Assembly: GCA_907165135.1 (NCBI GenBank)
Contig: OU015566.1
Location: 4,464,001-4,528,000, forward strand
Direction: 5' to 3'
Length of the DNA: 64,000 bases
From: Oikopleura dioica
Lineage: Eukaryota; Animalia; Chordata
Positions 23,068-34,661 of the stretch are shown here, piece after piece. A program made the position numbers and the translations under genes. The notes under the pieces were generated by a model. That model did no database searches. It worked only from the letters and a program-made list of their open reading frames with translations, and had not been told where the DNA came from. Each line of letters starts with the position of its first letter. The first letter of the stretch is position 1.

Positions 23068-23428
23068 TTACAAAACTGTTTTTCGAAAAACACCCATCGT
23101 CCACGCTTGAGCGTGCTAAAATGTATCAACTTAATATTTATTAGCAAAGGCGCTAAAAACCTGATGATGATTTGAAGAACTTTCATCAATAACAGCCATG
23201 AATCTTACTGGAATTTCGAGGCAAGCCTCGGTGATGATATCGAGCGCGTCTGGTGTTATAACTTCTAGCGCATTTATCGCAGCTAAAAATTTGGTTGCAG
23301 AAATTTTTATTTAAATGGATCAATTACCTCGCTCGCAGTGGAGGTACATTTCATTCGCGATTTCAATTTTTCTGTCAGGGCTCAAATCTCTCGCTTTTAT
23401 TGAAAGAATGAAAAAATAGCAAAAGCAT
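23068..23428 (-). CDS. Small secreted orphan protein, RDLS-family copy 3 (1-nt deletion in T-run of signal peptide)
   Basis: ..IKARDLSPDRKIEIANEMYLHCER/AAINALEVITPDALDIITEACLEIPVRFMAVIDESSSNHHQ/HAQAWTMGVFRKTVL*; same exon structure as copy 2. Confidence 0.7.
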
Positions 23429-24214
23429 CTTTTTTTACAGAAAAAAGGAGAATGGAGATGCACATGAGAATGCAGCAGATTTAAAGTGGCAAAAATAAAT
23501 AAATAAAATCAGTCAGAGAAAGCAGTTCAACTTAGAAATCAACCAGAAAAAGACCGATCACGTGGCAATCCTCTTCGACTCGAAAAATGACCAATGACTC
23601 GAAAAGAGCGTGAACAAAAATTCCGATAGCCATTTTTTGGTCGTTTATGGGCAGCACTTAGCACTAATCGGCGGTTGACCAAAAGTACCTTCCAAATTAT
23701 TTTCGCGTCAGCAAATTGATAAATTGATCATAAAACGCCCTAATTGGATGAATCAAAATTTTGGCTTGTATGTTTTTCCCGAGCCAAGAAACAAGCCAAA
23801 AGATGGATCTATTGGGTTCCTGCGAATTTTCGAACCGCTAAAAGGGTGAAACCGCAAGAATCATTTCGACAACTAGAGAGGACTGCTTCCAGTTCAAACG
23901 AGCTCGGCGAGTAATTACTGACTCCCTTGATGACTTCTCACTCTGTTATTTAAACACATTCACATTTTCGCAGCCTCTTTCCCGCGAATTGACATCGTGA
24001 TCGAAATTATTCTAAAAATATTTTTGTCGAAATAGGTAACAAATAATTTATGACTGTTAGAAAAAATAATCTTTGAAAAACAGTATCTTTGACATTGATT
24101 TTCCACTTGATGGCGGTTTTTATTTGAATAAACACTTTTCTTCTGAGTTTATTTGTCGAAAAAATTGAAATAAATATAGAAGGGACCCGGTCAACATTGA
24201 TTTTTGACGACCAA

Positions 24215-25490
24215 ATGAGGTTTTCTCTTCTTTTCGGTTTATGCGTCTCAATAAAAATAGAAAAAGAAGACGCAACTAGTTTTCTTAGATCCAGAAGAGC
24301 AAATGATGGAAAATACGAGGAGTGGAAAAGTGGTGATTTTGAAATAGAATGCATGCAAGAAAACTGTGATTCGAGCGAGTTTCATGAAGCTTTTGATGAT
24401 TTCTCTTTATCAGAACCTCTCCTAGTATGGAATTTCAGCATGATAGAATTAAAAAATGTTTTAGTCCAAATATATAATCTGCCAAAATCATGCAGCAAAC
24501 ATCAAAAATTCAACTCTAAGCACCGTTATCAAGCGAAAATGCTATGAAAACGAAGATTTTCCGACTTGCATTGATGAAAGATACTTTAACAATTCAAAGG
24601 CTCTTATTGACGAACTCAATGCTCTCAAGATCAAGTTCAGCCAGTTGGATACAGAAAAAGACCCTTGCGACGGAAAAAATAACTGCCGGACTTTTCTGAA
24701 AAACAATCCAAAAAAGCCAAGATTGAACCAAAATCTCGGATATATTTATTCATCGCGAAATTTCGAGGTGAGTTACTATCTTAAATTTTCATCTCTTAAA
24801 TCAGTCATTGTTTAGCTTTCATTTGACTTACAATGCAATCACGCATCAACAACGGATTTCGACAGGATTATAGTCATTCGCCATGAAAGAAACTCAAAAT
24901 TCTCTCATTTTCCTCCTTTTCTTTCAGTTCTCAGTCCAATCTCCTCAAACAAGAATCGCGAAAGCTATGTAGCAAGAAACACCATCCATTTTCCGTTTCA
25001 TTCGTCAGATGAATTTGCGCATGAAGGCTACAATGCAACTGTTTTTTGCACCGATGAAAAATGGATTAACATCAAAATCAAGCAATTTCAAAAGACGATT
25101 AACAGAGAATCACATCTTTCTGGAATGTTCAAAAAGCAGGTAAAAAGGGAGGTGTCTGAAACCGACAAAAAATTTTGACAAATTTTACATGGAAATTTTT
25201 GACCAATCAGAAGCCTGGATTCGGCAAACCGGCCAATCAGCAGCCGAGAAGCAGCCCACGCAAATTTGTCGAAATTTTTTTTGTCGGTTCCACACATCAT
25301 TTTTGAACATGGAAAACAGTACTGTCGCTCACAGCCGACGATATTCCCTACCTAACGACGGCAATCCAGACTTGGGGACTTATTGATGATTCTCAGATGC
25401 AACTTTTTCTCGGGGACAAAGAAGGCCAACCCGGAATTTCTTATGATGTGAAAAATTTATATTACATTACATCATTAACAGCTATTGATT
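24215..25490 (+). CDS. Secreted Gla-domain (vitamin K-dependent type) protein with a CUB-like segment; 3' end uncertain
   Basis: Signal MRFSLLFGLCVS, propeptide IKIEKEDATSFLRSRR, Gla domain ANDGKYEEWKSGDFEIECMQENCDSSEFHEAFDD; intron 24425-24464 gives EPLL/SKYIIC; downstream FHSSDEFAHEGYNATVFC resembles a CUB C-terminus. Confidence 0.75.
25150..25292. mobile_element. MITE family B inside the Gla gene
   Basis: gtgtctgaaaccgacaaaaaattttgac ... gtcgaaattttttttgtcggttccacac. Confidence 0.75.
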
Positions 25491-27354
25491 GATCTCAAAA
25501 ATTAAAATTTCAGAAGCAAAAATATAATTTTATAAAAATATCTGATTCTATCTTTTTATTAAAGTAAGAAACTTGTCATCTTGTATCTTGACAGTTTATT
25601 TTCGATTCTAGTCACGTGTTTGCTAAGCGTTTCCTCCGCGGCTCTTTTCGCCAGTGAGAGCGTTATAATGAATTTTTGGGAGAAGGAAGGGTGTAGTTTG
25701 CGGATGTTCTACATTCGATCGATATTTGCGACAACACGAGCTTATCCCACCGTCAATTGCAGCTTTTCATCCCAAGCACGTGGCAATAATGACTGTTTTA
25801 CCCTTAGTGTGCGGCAAACGTGAGCACCCCAAAACTGGGCACGAAAAGATTTTGACCTTTCTTTCTGAAAAATTGCTCCTAAAATTGAGTCAAAACCGCG
25901 ACTTAGGAGCTGATTCGAAGGTGCGAGAAAGGCTGGCACGAGCTTGAAAGAAATTTTTCACTCCTGTAAAACCGCGAAGAGGGAAATTCACTCGCGCGAT
26001 TTCACGACGGTGGTTAAAAAGATGCAACACCAGCGTTTTATAGCGAACTTAGGAGGATGAGGTCACAAGAATTATTTTTCAAATTTTAAATTAACAAAAT
26101 TTATGAACTTTTCGCTTTTTTAATGGAAAATGCCATTTTTGATTACTATAAAAATTTTTTTATGTTTTTAATTCGTAAAAATTAATAATTATATTTTCTA
26201 AAATCTTCATGAAAATTCCAAATTTAAAAGAAAAAAATAATAAATTTAAAATAAAATATTTTTTGTTTAAAAATGTCGTCAGAAAGAAAAAAAATATATT
26301 TTCTCATTTTTTTCTAAAAGAAAATAAGGGTGTCGACATTGTAAAATATCTCAAATGATAAAAATACGAGAGCCGGAAAATTAAAAAATGAAAGGAACAT
26401 CTCTAAAAATTCGAAAAGGATGGAAATGTCAACAACAGTGAGCGCACTTGATCCGATCAATTTAAGAGTCCTCCAGTTGAGTATTTTTAGCGCCGAAATA
26501 CGTCTACCATTTTTTATTTCAATTGCTTTCGTTCTAAATGAAAAGAACACTTGTGTCTTTTCCTCAAATAATTTTCTACATGAAATTTAGTATATGGACG
26601 CCCTTATTTCTAAGTAAAAGCGGGGATCAGGGCTCAGAAACCTGTGTTGAAAACCTGAGTCAGAGTCTGAAAAATCAAAATATTTCTTATTGATATCCGA
26701 ATTTTGGGTTTTGAAGGACCCTGACTCAGGTTTTTCACACAGGTTTTTGTACCGAGGTCGGGAAAAAGACATTTTATGTTGAAAAAATAAGGGTATGTCA
26801 TGTAAAAATGATTCACACTTATTTGATCCCTCTTTTCCGAGTCATTTTTCGATGATAATTCTTCCGCTCTCTAGCGCTCCCTGAGCGCTGCGCGAGCGCG
26901 ATGGCGCGCGTTTTCCTTTCCGCTCCTGATCCAGCGCTAGAATCTTTAATTTTAGCGACTTCCTCTTTGTGAACCTCTTCTTTCATAACGAATTAGATCA
27001 ACATTTTTTTATACAATTTTACTGAAAACCTGGTAAAAAGAGTGCAGAAAAGAATCAGAAGAAATTATAAGAAACGTCTACTTCAATCAATATGAAGATT
27101 TTCTCGAGCGCAATGATCTCAGGATCGGGTTAAATAAAATATCATTTCCTAAGAAATTTCCGAAGAAATGGTTTTTACGACAGATTGTTATTGACAAATT
27201 TTTCCAGTTTAATTCATTATAAAAACCATATTCAAAAGCGTTTTATGAAGAATTATTGTTTTTATGAGAAAAATTTTTAGCGATGAATTTTTTAAATAAG
27301 ACAAATAGAAGAGCTTTTAATTGAAGAAACTGTGAAGAAAAAAATTTTTTCTTT

Positions 27355-27965
27355 CAGAATTTTGTTTTTCCAAAAGATCCGAAATTTTTCGAGCAAAAAT
27401 TATCCCGAAAAAGTCACATTTGCCCAGTCTGGTTTTCTCGACGGGCAAGTCCTTCTCGATCAAGCTGCATTTTTCCTGCAACCAGAAGCGCTCAACAGAT
27501 TCTACCACTTTTACTACTATCAGGTAACCCTACCTCTCCTTCCCGTCAAAATTGCTAAATACACTCTTTTTCCCGCTAGAACAAAAACTGCTGATTTGTC
27601 CCTTCTGTCGCCTCATTTTCCGATAAGCGCAATTTTCGCGCAAAGATTCGATAATTTTCTTGAATATCTCGTAATGCTCGTAATTCCCTTAATTATTGGA
27701 CTCATTACCAGCCTTCAGAAGCTGATTCTTCGGTCAGATCCAGACGTGTCTTTTTGCTTCTATCTTTTTAATTTCGATGATTTTGAATTTCGGAAATCCC
27801 GAAGTTGGAAAAAATCAACCGCGAAATTTGGCTCTAATTTTAAAATTTTCTGATCGAATTTTTGATCATTTTTTTACTACTGAAATTCGAAAAGTCAGCA
27901 GAAACCATTTTACGGGTGAGCTGTACTTGTATGTTCCGACTGCGGCAATTACAGAGAGCCCTTGA
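27355..27965 (+). CDS. Candidate exons, possibly the 5' part of the PLA2-like gene
   Basis: Open frame VTFAQSGFLDGQVLLDQAAFFLQPEALNRFYHFYYYQ ending at a GT donor; linkage not resolved. Confidence 0.25.
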
Positions 27966-28624
27966 TTCCTGATGATCACCTTATTTGAATATTTTTAATT
28001 TTAATTTAGAGTCCGCTTCGAGTATTGCTCAATTTCAAATAACGTTTTACGATTTTTTCTCGAAAAATATCAGACAATCAAAATCCTTTATTCGGCGATT
28101 CAGCCAATCAGCTATCGGCTTTTCCTGAAGGACATGGATTCACTAAGGAAATGCTTGTCGCTGATTGGCTGGATGGCCGAATCAAGGCTTTTGATTGGCT
28201 GAAATTTTCGTCCACGATTTTGTTGCTTAGTAATTGCGTTCACAGGTTACTTTTTTCTTTTTATTATTTTATGAAATAAGCATTTGGTTGTTTATTTATT
28301 CTCATGTCTAGTCGGAACGTCAAAATATGAAATTATGGTGTCTGAACGTCACGTTTTCAGGGATGAACTCGGAAAAGAGCCCGACTGCGGCGCCTTTGAA
28401 ATTGACACCTTGTGGTGCTGACTGCACCAAGCCCCTGTTTCACGCAAATTATACATTCCCAATCTTACATCTCATTTCCGCCACAATCCAAAACTACCAC
28501 CAGCCAAATCCAGCCAAACATCATTTTCGACAGTTTCTGATTTTTTCTGGCGTTGATTATTTTTCTTTATCGACAAATTTTCGACATTTTTTCGACACAA
28601 GGAAATATCAAAAATTAAATTTCA

Positions 28625-28952
28625 TCGAAACCTGTGTGAAAACCTGAGTAAGGGTCTGAAGAAGTCCAATCAAAAGCCGCGTAGCGGCTTTCAAATGAAG
28701 CCGCGAAGCGGCTTTTCCAGAATATTCACCTTGATTGGAATTGCAATTTTGAAGCCGCTTCGCGGCTTTCTTTTCAAAAGCCGCTCTGCGGCTTTTCATT
28801 TTCCTTTTCGAGACCCTGACTCAGGTTTATTACTTTGCAAAATTATCATTCCAATAAATTCGCGGCTTCTATTTAAAAGCCGCCCCGCGGCTTTGCCCCG
28901 GAGATATTTCAGACCCTGACTCAGGTTTTCTACACAGGTTGCCGAGCCCAGG
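28625..28952. mobile_element. MITE family A, long copy
   Basis: aaacctgtgtgaaaacctgagtaagggtc ... gaccctgactcaggttttctacacaggttgccgagcccag with internal palindromes. Confidence 0.85.
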
Positions 28953-29333
28953 TCTTGCTCAAATTTAATTACAGTCTTCCACGAGTCGATAATCCCCGGA
29001 CGTCGTTAATGATCGTTTCGTATTTCCAAAACTTGGACTCTTCATTTTAGCGCTCAATGAAGTCATTTTTCAAATTGCGAAAGAGGCGCGTTTTAGAAAC
29101 AGTACATCGCTCAAGAAAGGATCGAGATTGACATAAACAGAAACCGGATTCTGGCGTGTTTTGCGGCTTGAGCATTTTCTCTCTTCGTTTTTGATCGTTG
29201 CGTCATCGAATAAAATGCTGACGTGAAAGAACGCTCATTTCACGGAGAATGACTCGTAGCTGCTTGAATTCTTGAGACGAATAGCTGAAATATTCGAATA
29301 AGAAATAAGTGAAAATCTCATTTTCTATTTTAG

Positions 29334-31562
29334 ATACAAGAAAATGATCGCTACGGATGCCACTGCCAGCTCAAAGACCTGGTTTCGCAAGACTACATCG
29401 ACTATCAGGAAAAGGTTTCAAAAGAAAATTTTTTGAAGAAAAAAATTCGCGAAAATTTCGCCGGTAACGTAAGAGGTCGCCCCAAAATGTCGATAATCAC
29501 GGCGCGGGGTCATGTAATGATCCAACACTGTTTCCTTGGCAAAATCATTAGCCAAACGCTAGTTTTTCCTTCCAGAAACGGACATTCATTGAAACCGAAT
29601 TTGAGGAAGGGGAAGAGCATTTTCAGTACCACGGAAGACCCAAGGATTCGCTGGACAAGGGATGCCATGATCACAGGGAATGCTTGAAGTTAGTATCAAA
29701 ATAATGAATTTGATCAGTTTTTGACTCAAATTCAGCTCGGAAACCTTTGCAGGAAATCTGAGTAAGGGTCGAAAATATCTCAAATGAAAAGCCGCGCAGC
29801 GGCTTTTTCAAAAACAAAGCCGCGAAGCGGATTCGACAGACTTTTGAAATTCAATTAAAAGATGATTTTGCGAAGCCGCTTTGCGGCTTCGTCCTTAAAA
29901 AGCCGCAAAATCATCTTATAATTGAATTTCAAAAGTCTGTCGAAGCCGCTTTGCGGCTTTGTTTTGAAAAGCCGCTTCGCGGCTTTTTATTTGAGATATT
30001 TCAGACCCTGACTCTAATTCAAAAATTCCAGCGAAGCCGCTTCGCGGCTTAAAATTTAAAAAGCCGCTGCGCGGCTTTTCATTTGATTGATTTTTGACCC
30101 TGAGTCAGGTTTTCTTCTCACTCGTTGCCGAGCTTTTTTTTCATTTTGACTAATTTTTATCTTTCAAGGTGCGCTCAACGAAACCTTGGCTGCGCCGCGG
30201 ACGGTATCAGCGAGCACTTCCTCTCTTACGCGATCAGCTCGATCGGTTACTGCGCCGATGACCTGAACACGTGCGAGCGCGCCTATTGCGAGTGCGCGCG
30301 TCAGTTCCTCGAGGACATTCACGATAAGGGAGTATTTGAGTACGACCCGAGCAAGTTCTCCAAGCGCGAGGGCAATTTTAGTCCAAATGAAGAGACTTGT
30401 TCGAGGGCGGAAACGGGGAATTCAGGAAGTAGTAGTTTTAGCTTGGAAAATTCTGTTTTAGCAAGGAGGAATGAGAGATTTAATCAAAGGTAAGCTTTAA
30501 CCCATCGAAGCGCGTTGGCCAAAATTTTGGTCAAAAAATAAAAATTTTCTTTTCGATTGAGAAACTGTTATCTTACTTAAGGCCCCCGTTAATTTGTATT
30601 AACTTTTTCAAACAGTTATTTCGGGGTGATACCCTTAAGATTTTCGAAATATTTTTTGCTCATTGAGCAGCCTTATATTTAACCAAGGGCAACAAAAGAA
30701 AAAGACACTTGTCCACTTCTTAAGGGTATCGCTACAGTAGGTCAAAGTTTCAGATGTCGATATTTATGGGATAACCTTAAATCACAAAAATTATAACAAA
30801 TCATTAAGGGTGTTTCTTTCCTATTCCACTAAAAAAGAAAACCTGGAAAAATTGTCATAAGAAAGGGAGACCCTTAAATAGAATGATCCCCAATTTATTT
30901 CGCCAAAAATAAATCTCTGACACATCAATTTTAGAAGAACATCTTGCTGCTCCCGATCCGGTCGCTTTTCGATAGGTCCCTGGCGGTTATACAACACGGA
31001 TAAACTAAAGGTAAAAATAAACTCTTAGCGCATTGAAATAAACGCTTGTTCAAATCACCACAATCGCCAGCTAAAATTATTTTCGAATGAGAGATCTTGC
31101 GTGTGAACAAAGTGCTGAGCTGGCATTTTTAAGGAGACACAGCTGCTAGAAACTCCTTGTTTTTCTCTGGATTTTGTTTTTTCTAGACTTTTTTCATAAA
31201 AACATTTTTCTACAAAAATCGCTTGGAAATATTTTAAAAGAAGGCCACGTGGCCTAAGGATGAACAAGGGGCCACCTGCAAAAATTTTAAGGATGAACAA
31301 AGTCTTTGCTTTTTTATGCTTATCTTCTATAAAAAATTGTTTTTCAAAAAGAAAGTTCGCTTTGAAAATTTTCGAAAAAAAGGCTACGTAGCCTAAGGAT
31401 GAACAAAGGGCCACATGCAAGAATTTCAACGACGAACAAAGCCTCAATTTTTTTAACCAATCTTTCATTTCTGTTCTTTCAAGGATCTTTTCTCGCAAAT
31501 CTTCTTCCTGAAAAATGTTGTTCTAGTGCTGCGCAGATGGACAAGCAAGGCCGGATTGCTAA
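29334..31562 (+). CDS. Secreted phospholipase A2-like domain protein (His retained, Asp49 replaced by Arg); 5' end unresolved
   Basis: Exons give YGCHC / GRPKDSLDKGCHDHRECL / KCAQRNLGC...CERAYCECARQFLED / RTSCCSRSGRFSIGPWRLYNTDKLK / CCADGQARPDC*, with compatible phases. Confidence 0.75.
29745..30130. mobile_element. MITE family A, long copy in PLA2-like intron
   Basis: TIRs and repeated aagccgc/gcggctt palindromes. Confidence 0.85.
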
Positions 31563-31829
31563 CACTTAGATCCAATTCGCTTCAAGATCGATTTCAACGG
31601 TCATCACTCAGATCCCGAGATGGGAAGAAAAACTGCAACCTTGTAAATTTTGTAACAAAGATGAAAAACAGCAAACATGAACAGAAACAAACTTCTTCAC
31701 GAAAAAACAGTCCTTACTAATTGAATCAAAATTCTGCAATTTGAAATTAATAAATTATTTCTATATTCTTATCTTTCTTTTTAAATTTTTATGAAGACTT
31801 TTGTTTTCTTTTGACGAATTTAAAAACAT

Positions 31830-32531
31830 GTCTGGTCCGGATTTGCGGATTTTGGCACTGGTACTGAAAGATTCTCGTGCCTCGGGGAAGGACTTCAAGC
31901 ATTTCGTCCCAATCCAATTCTACTAGAACTAAAGAGCGCTTATCATTTTATCAAAAAAGGAAGAAAAAAGATGAAAGAGGGTTTTTGCCAAGGCCAGAGT
32001 TTCAGAGCTCCGCTGGGAGGGAGCATTTTATGCTCGCCGGTCAAATCTAACTCAGGAAAGAGATTAAAAAAATAATCAAAAAATTTTTTTTTTTTTGAAA
32101 TAAAAATTCAAATTAAAAATCTCAAAGTCATTCCCCGCGGAAAGCCGAATTCAAAAGTCGAGCCTGGTCAAAAATGCAAGATCATTTGCGAAGCCGCTTA
32201 TCCGATTCCCGAGTCGACTTCTTGCGCCGTTACTGGATGGACGGTAAAAAGTGAGACAGTACGATGCGACGCGACGAAGGGAGGATTGAGCCCGGCTGGA
32301 CAAATGGGAGTTGTTGGCGCGTTTTTGATCGTCGTTTGTTTGGTGACCGCGATTTACCAGTACAAAAAGAGCAAGCCGCAAGTTCGGCCCCAGCCGATCA
32401 GAGAATCATATGAGCAGAGAAGTCAACAACTACAGTATCACCAGCAGTTACAGTATCAACAGAATCAGAGTAATTATCAGTCTGTGCAGCCACAACTTCA
32501 CCAAAATACTGCGTTCTATGTTCAACAATAA
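31830..32531 (+). CDS. Single-pass membrane protein with a sushi/CCP-like Cys module and Gln-rich tail; start unresolved
   Basis: CKIICEAAYPIPESTSCAVTGWTVKSETVRC followed by TM GVVGAFLIVVCLVTAIY and a Q-rich C-terminus; probable GA-AG intron 32056-32127. Confidence 0.6.
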
Positions 32532-32554
32532 AATTTAAAAAAAAATGAAACAGG

Positions 32555-32912
32555 CTCGAAAACCTGTTTTAAAACCTGAGTCAGGGCTCTGAGCGACATT
32601 TTTGGGTCGAAAAAAACTCTCTCAGGATCCAGACTCAGGTTTTAACACAGGTTTTTCGGCCTGAAATTAAAGCTCTTCTTCTATAATGAAACCTGTCTTA
32701 AAACCTGAGTCAGGATTCAGGACGAGCTTTTCGGGTCAAAAAAGCTCTCTCAGAACCCTGACTCAGGTTTAAGCACAGGTTTTTGAGCAAAAATCGAAGC
32801 TCTTCAAAAATAAGAAAACCTTTGTTAAAACCTGAGTCAGGGTTCTGAACGACTTTTTCGGGTCAAAAATGCCCTCTCAGGACCCTGACTCAGCTTCTAG
32901 CACAGCTTTTGA
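32555..32912. mobile_element. Three tandem short family A MITEs
   Basis: Three aaacctgagtcagg ... cctgactcagg pairs in series. Confidence 0.85.
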
Positions 32913-32980
32913 GCCGAAAATTGAATCTTTTCGAAGTTGAAATCAACAAAGAGAACCATTTTTATTCAACCTCTATTTTT

Positions 32981-33360
32981 TCAGACCATTCTAGAGAGCT
33001 TGGATCGTTTGACAGAACTGTAGTTGTACAGTTGCTTTTTGTTCTCTTGAATATTCGTTTCTTTCAAATCGATATTTTTCGTCGTTGTTTGCGCCAAGAA
33101 TCGTCTTCGCTTTTGCTTCATCTTTCTAAGAACAAAAACTTTCAGCTCTCGAAACTCAAAATTCGACAAATTAAAAAACCGTGAGTAAATCCAAAAGTCA
33201 GGGTTCCGCCAAAAGTCCCCAGGGCCACTACAGTCGCGCAAATTAACGGTCTCAGTCGATAGTCGTCCAAGCCGATTCCAAAGATGTATCTCTTCGGCGC
33301 TAGAATTTCAGAGCAGAGGATGGACGGATATTCTTCGGGAAAATAATACGGGCGGTTCAT
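32981..33360 (-). CDS. Small membrane protein candidate
   Basis: MNRPYYFPEEY...LICATVVALGTFGGTLTFGF hydrophobic segment, then a basic KMKQKRRRF exon; the junction needs a non-canonical donor. Confidence 0.35.
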
Positions 33361-34661
33361 TTTTTTCTTTTTCGACTAAAAAGTTGAGTCCACGTGGTTG
33401 CGCTTGAAAGTAGATGAGAGAGGGCTGAATTATTCAGTTAACCTGCTTGTCACGGGAAAATGCGGGAGTGGAAGAAAAGAAGAATGAAAATTATAAATAA
33501 AATTATTCATAAATCTATCGTTTACCGACTCTTAGAATCCATTTCCGGGACAAAAATTTTAAAACTCCGAAATTTCGAAAAACTGACGGGGGGTCCTTTA
33601 AAGGAACCCCTTATATAAAAATAATTTAGTACATATTTTAATAAAAATAATTTTTCTAATTTGATTTTTGACAAAATTTGAGCACTTTTTTCTTAAAATC
33701 AAAAATAAAGCGAAATTCTTCCTTGATTTCAAAAAGCGGAAAATTCTATGAAAAACTTGAGCTTCGCTTGGTTTATTTTAAAATGGCGAAAAACGCAAAG
33801 CTCATAAACTTATCGCTGCGAGCTCTTGTTCAGTTGCCCTAAATTTTGAAATTTACACGAAAAACTAGACTTTGCGTAGAGTTCTTCGCGCCTTATCGCT
33901 ATGCAATTATCATGTTTAAACATGCTCGGATGAGTTGATGCTAAAACTCAAATTTGATGCAAATTTTCAAATCAGCTTTTGTCTGCTAGACAAAACTAGA
34001 ATAGCCAATAAAAGCGTTCGAAATCCAGTCAAAAACGAGTCAAAAATCAGGTTTTCTACACGGGTTTCCGAGTTTACTATGAGAAAATACAGTAATTTAG
34101 CAAAATTACAGTTCAATTACAACACTGAAAGCATTTGAACTCGCCGTGCCTTTTTGTGGTGTGGTCTGTTCGCGGCTCGTTGGAAATTGATCGCGAGTCT
34201 CAGAGACGGGAGCTTTTTGATGAGCGAAGCGATTTCAAAAATGATGCAAGAACTCAAATCGAGAGGGCGAGTCTCTGAGACGTTGGAATTGGCCCTTGAA
34301 AAACCCAAAAATTTTTTGACTCGAAAAAGCCAACCCTTTTGAAATTTTAATTTTCGCCTTGGTTTTTTGACGAAATCGGAGTGCCAACAAATCCAGACCA
34401 GGATTAAAAATTCTAGCTCTTTCCATGCCCCTAAAATCGGTGTAAACAAATGATTGTGTTTGCAAATAGCAGCCTTTGGAAATTGTTTTGAAATGTATAT
34501 TGTGGTGAACTTTCAAAATGCCGCCAAATGCCCACTCAGCCAAAAACAATGCGGATTTCTAAAGTTTAAATTTTCAACTTTTAGGCTTTGAATTTTAAGG
34601 TTAGGGATAAAATTGGGATACGTTATTTTTCGTTGGTTTAATTGGTTTCTCATTTTGGCAC

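Noticed and set aside
25580-27000. Short open frames on both strands
   Set aside because: No consistent splicing or motif; left unannotated.
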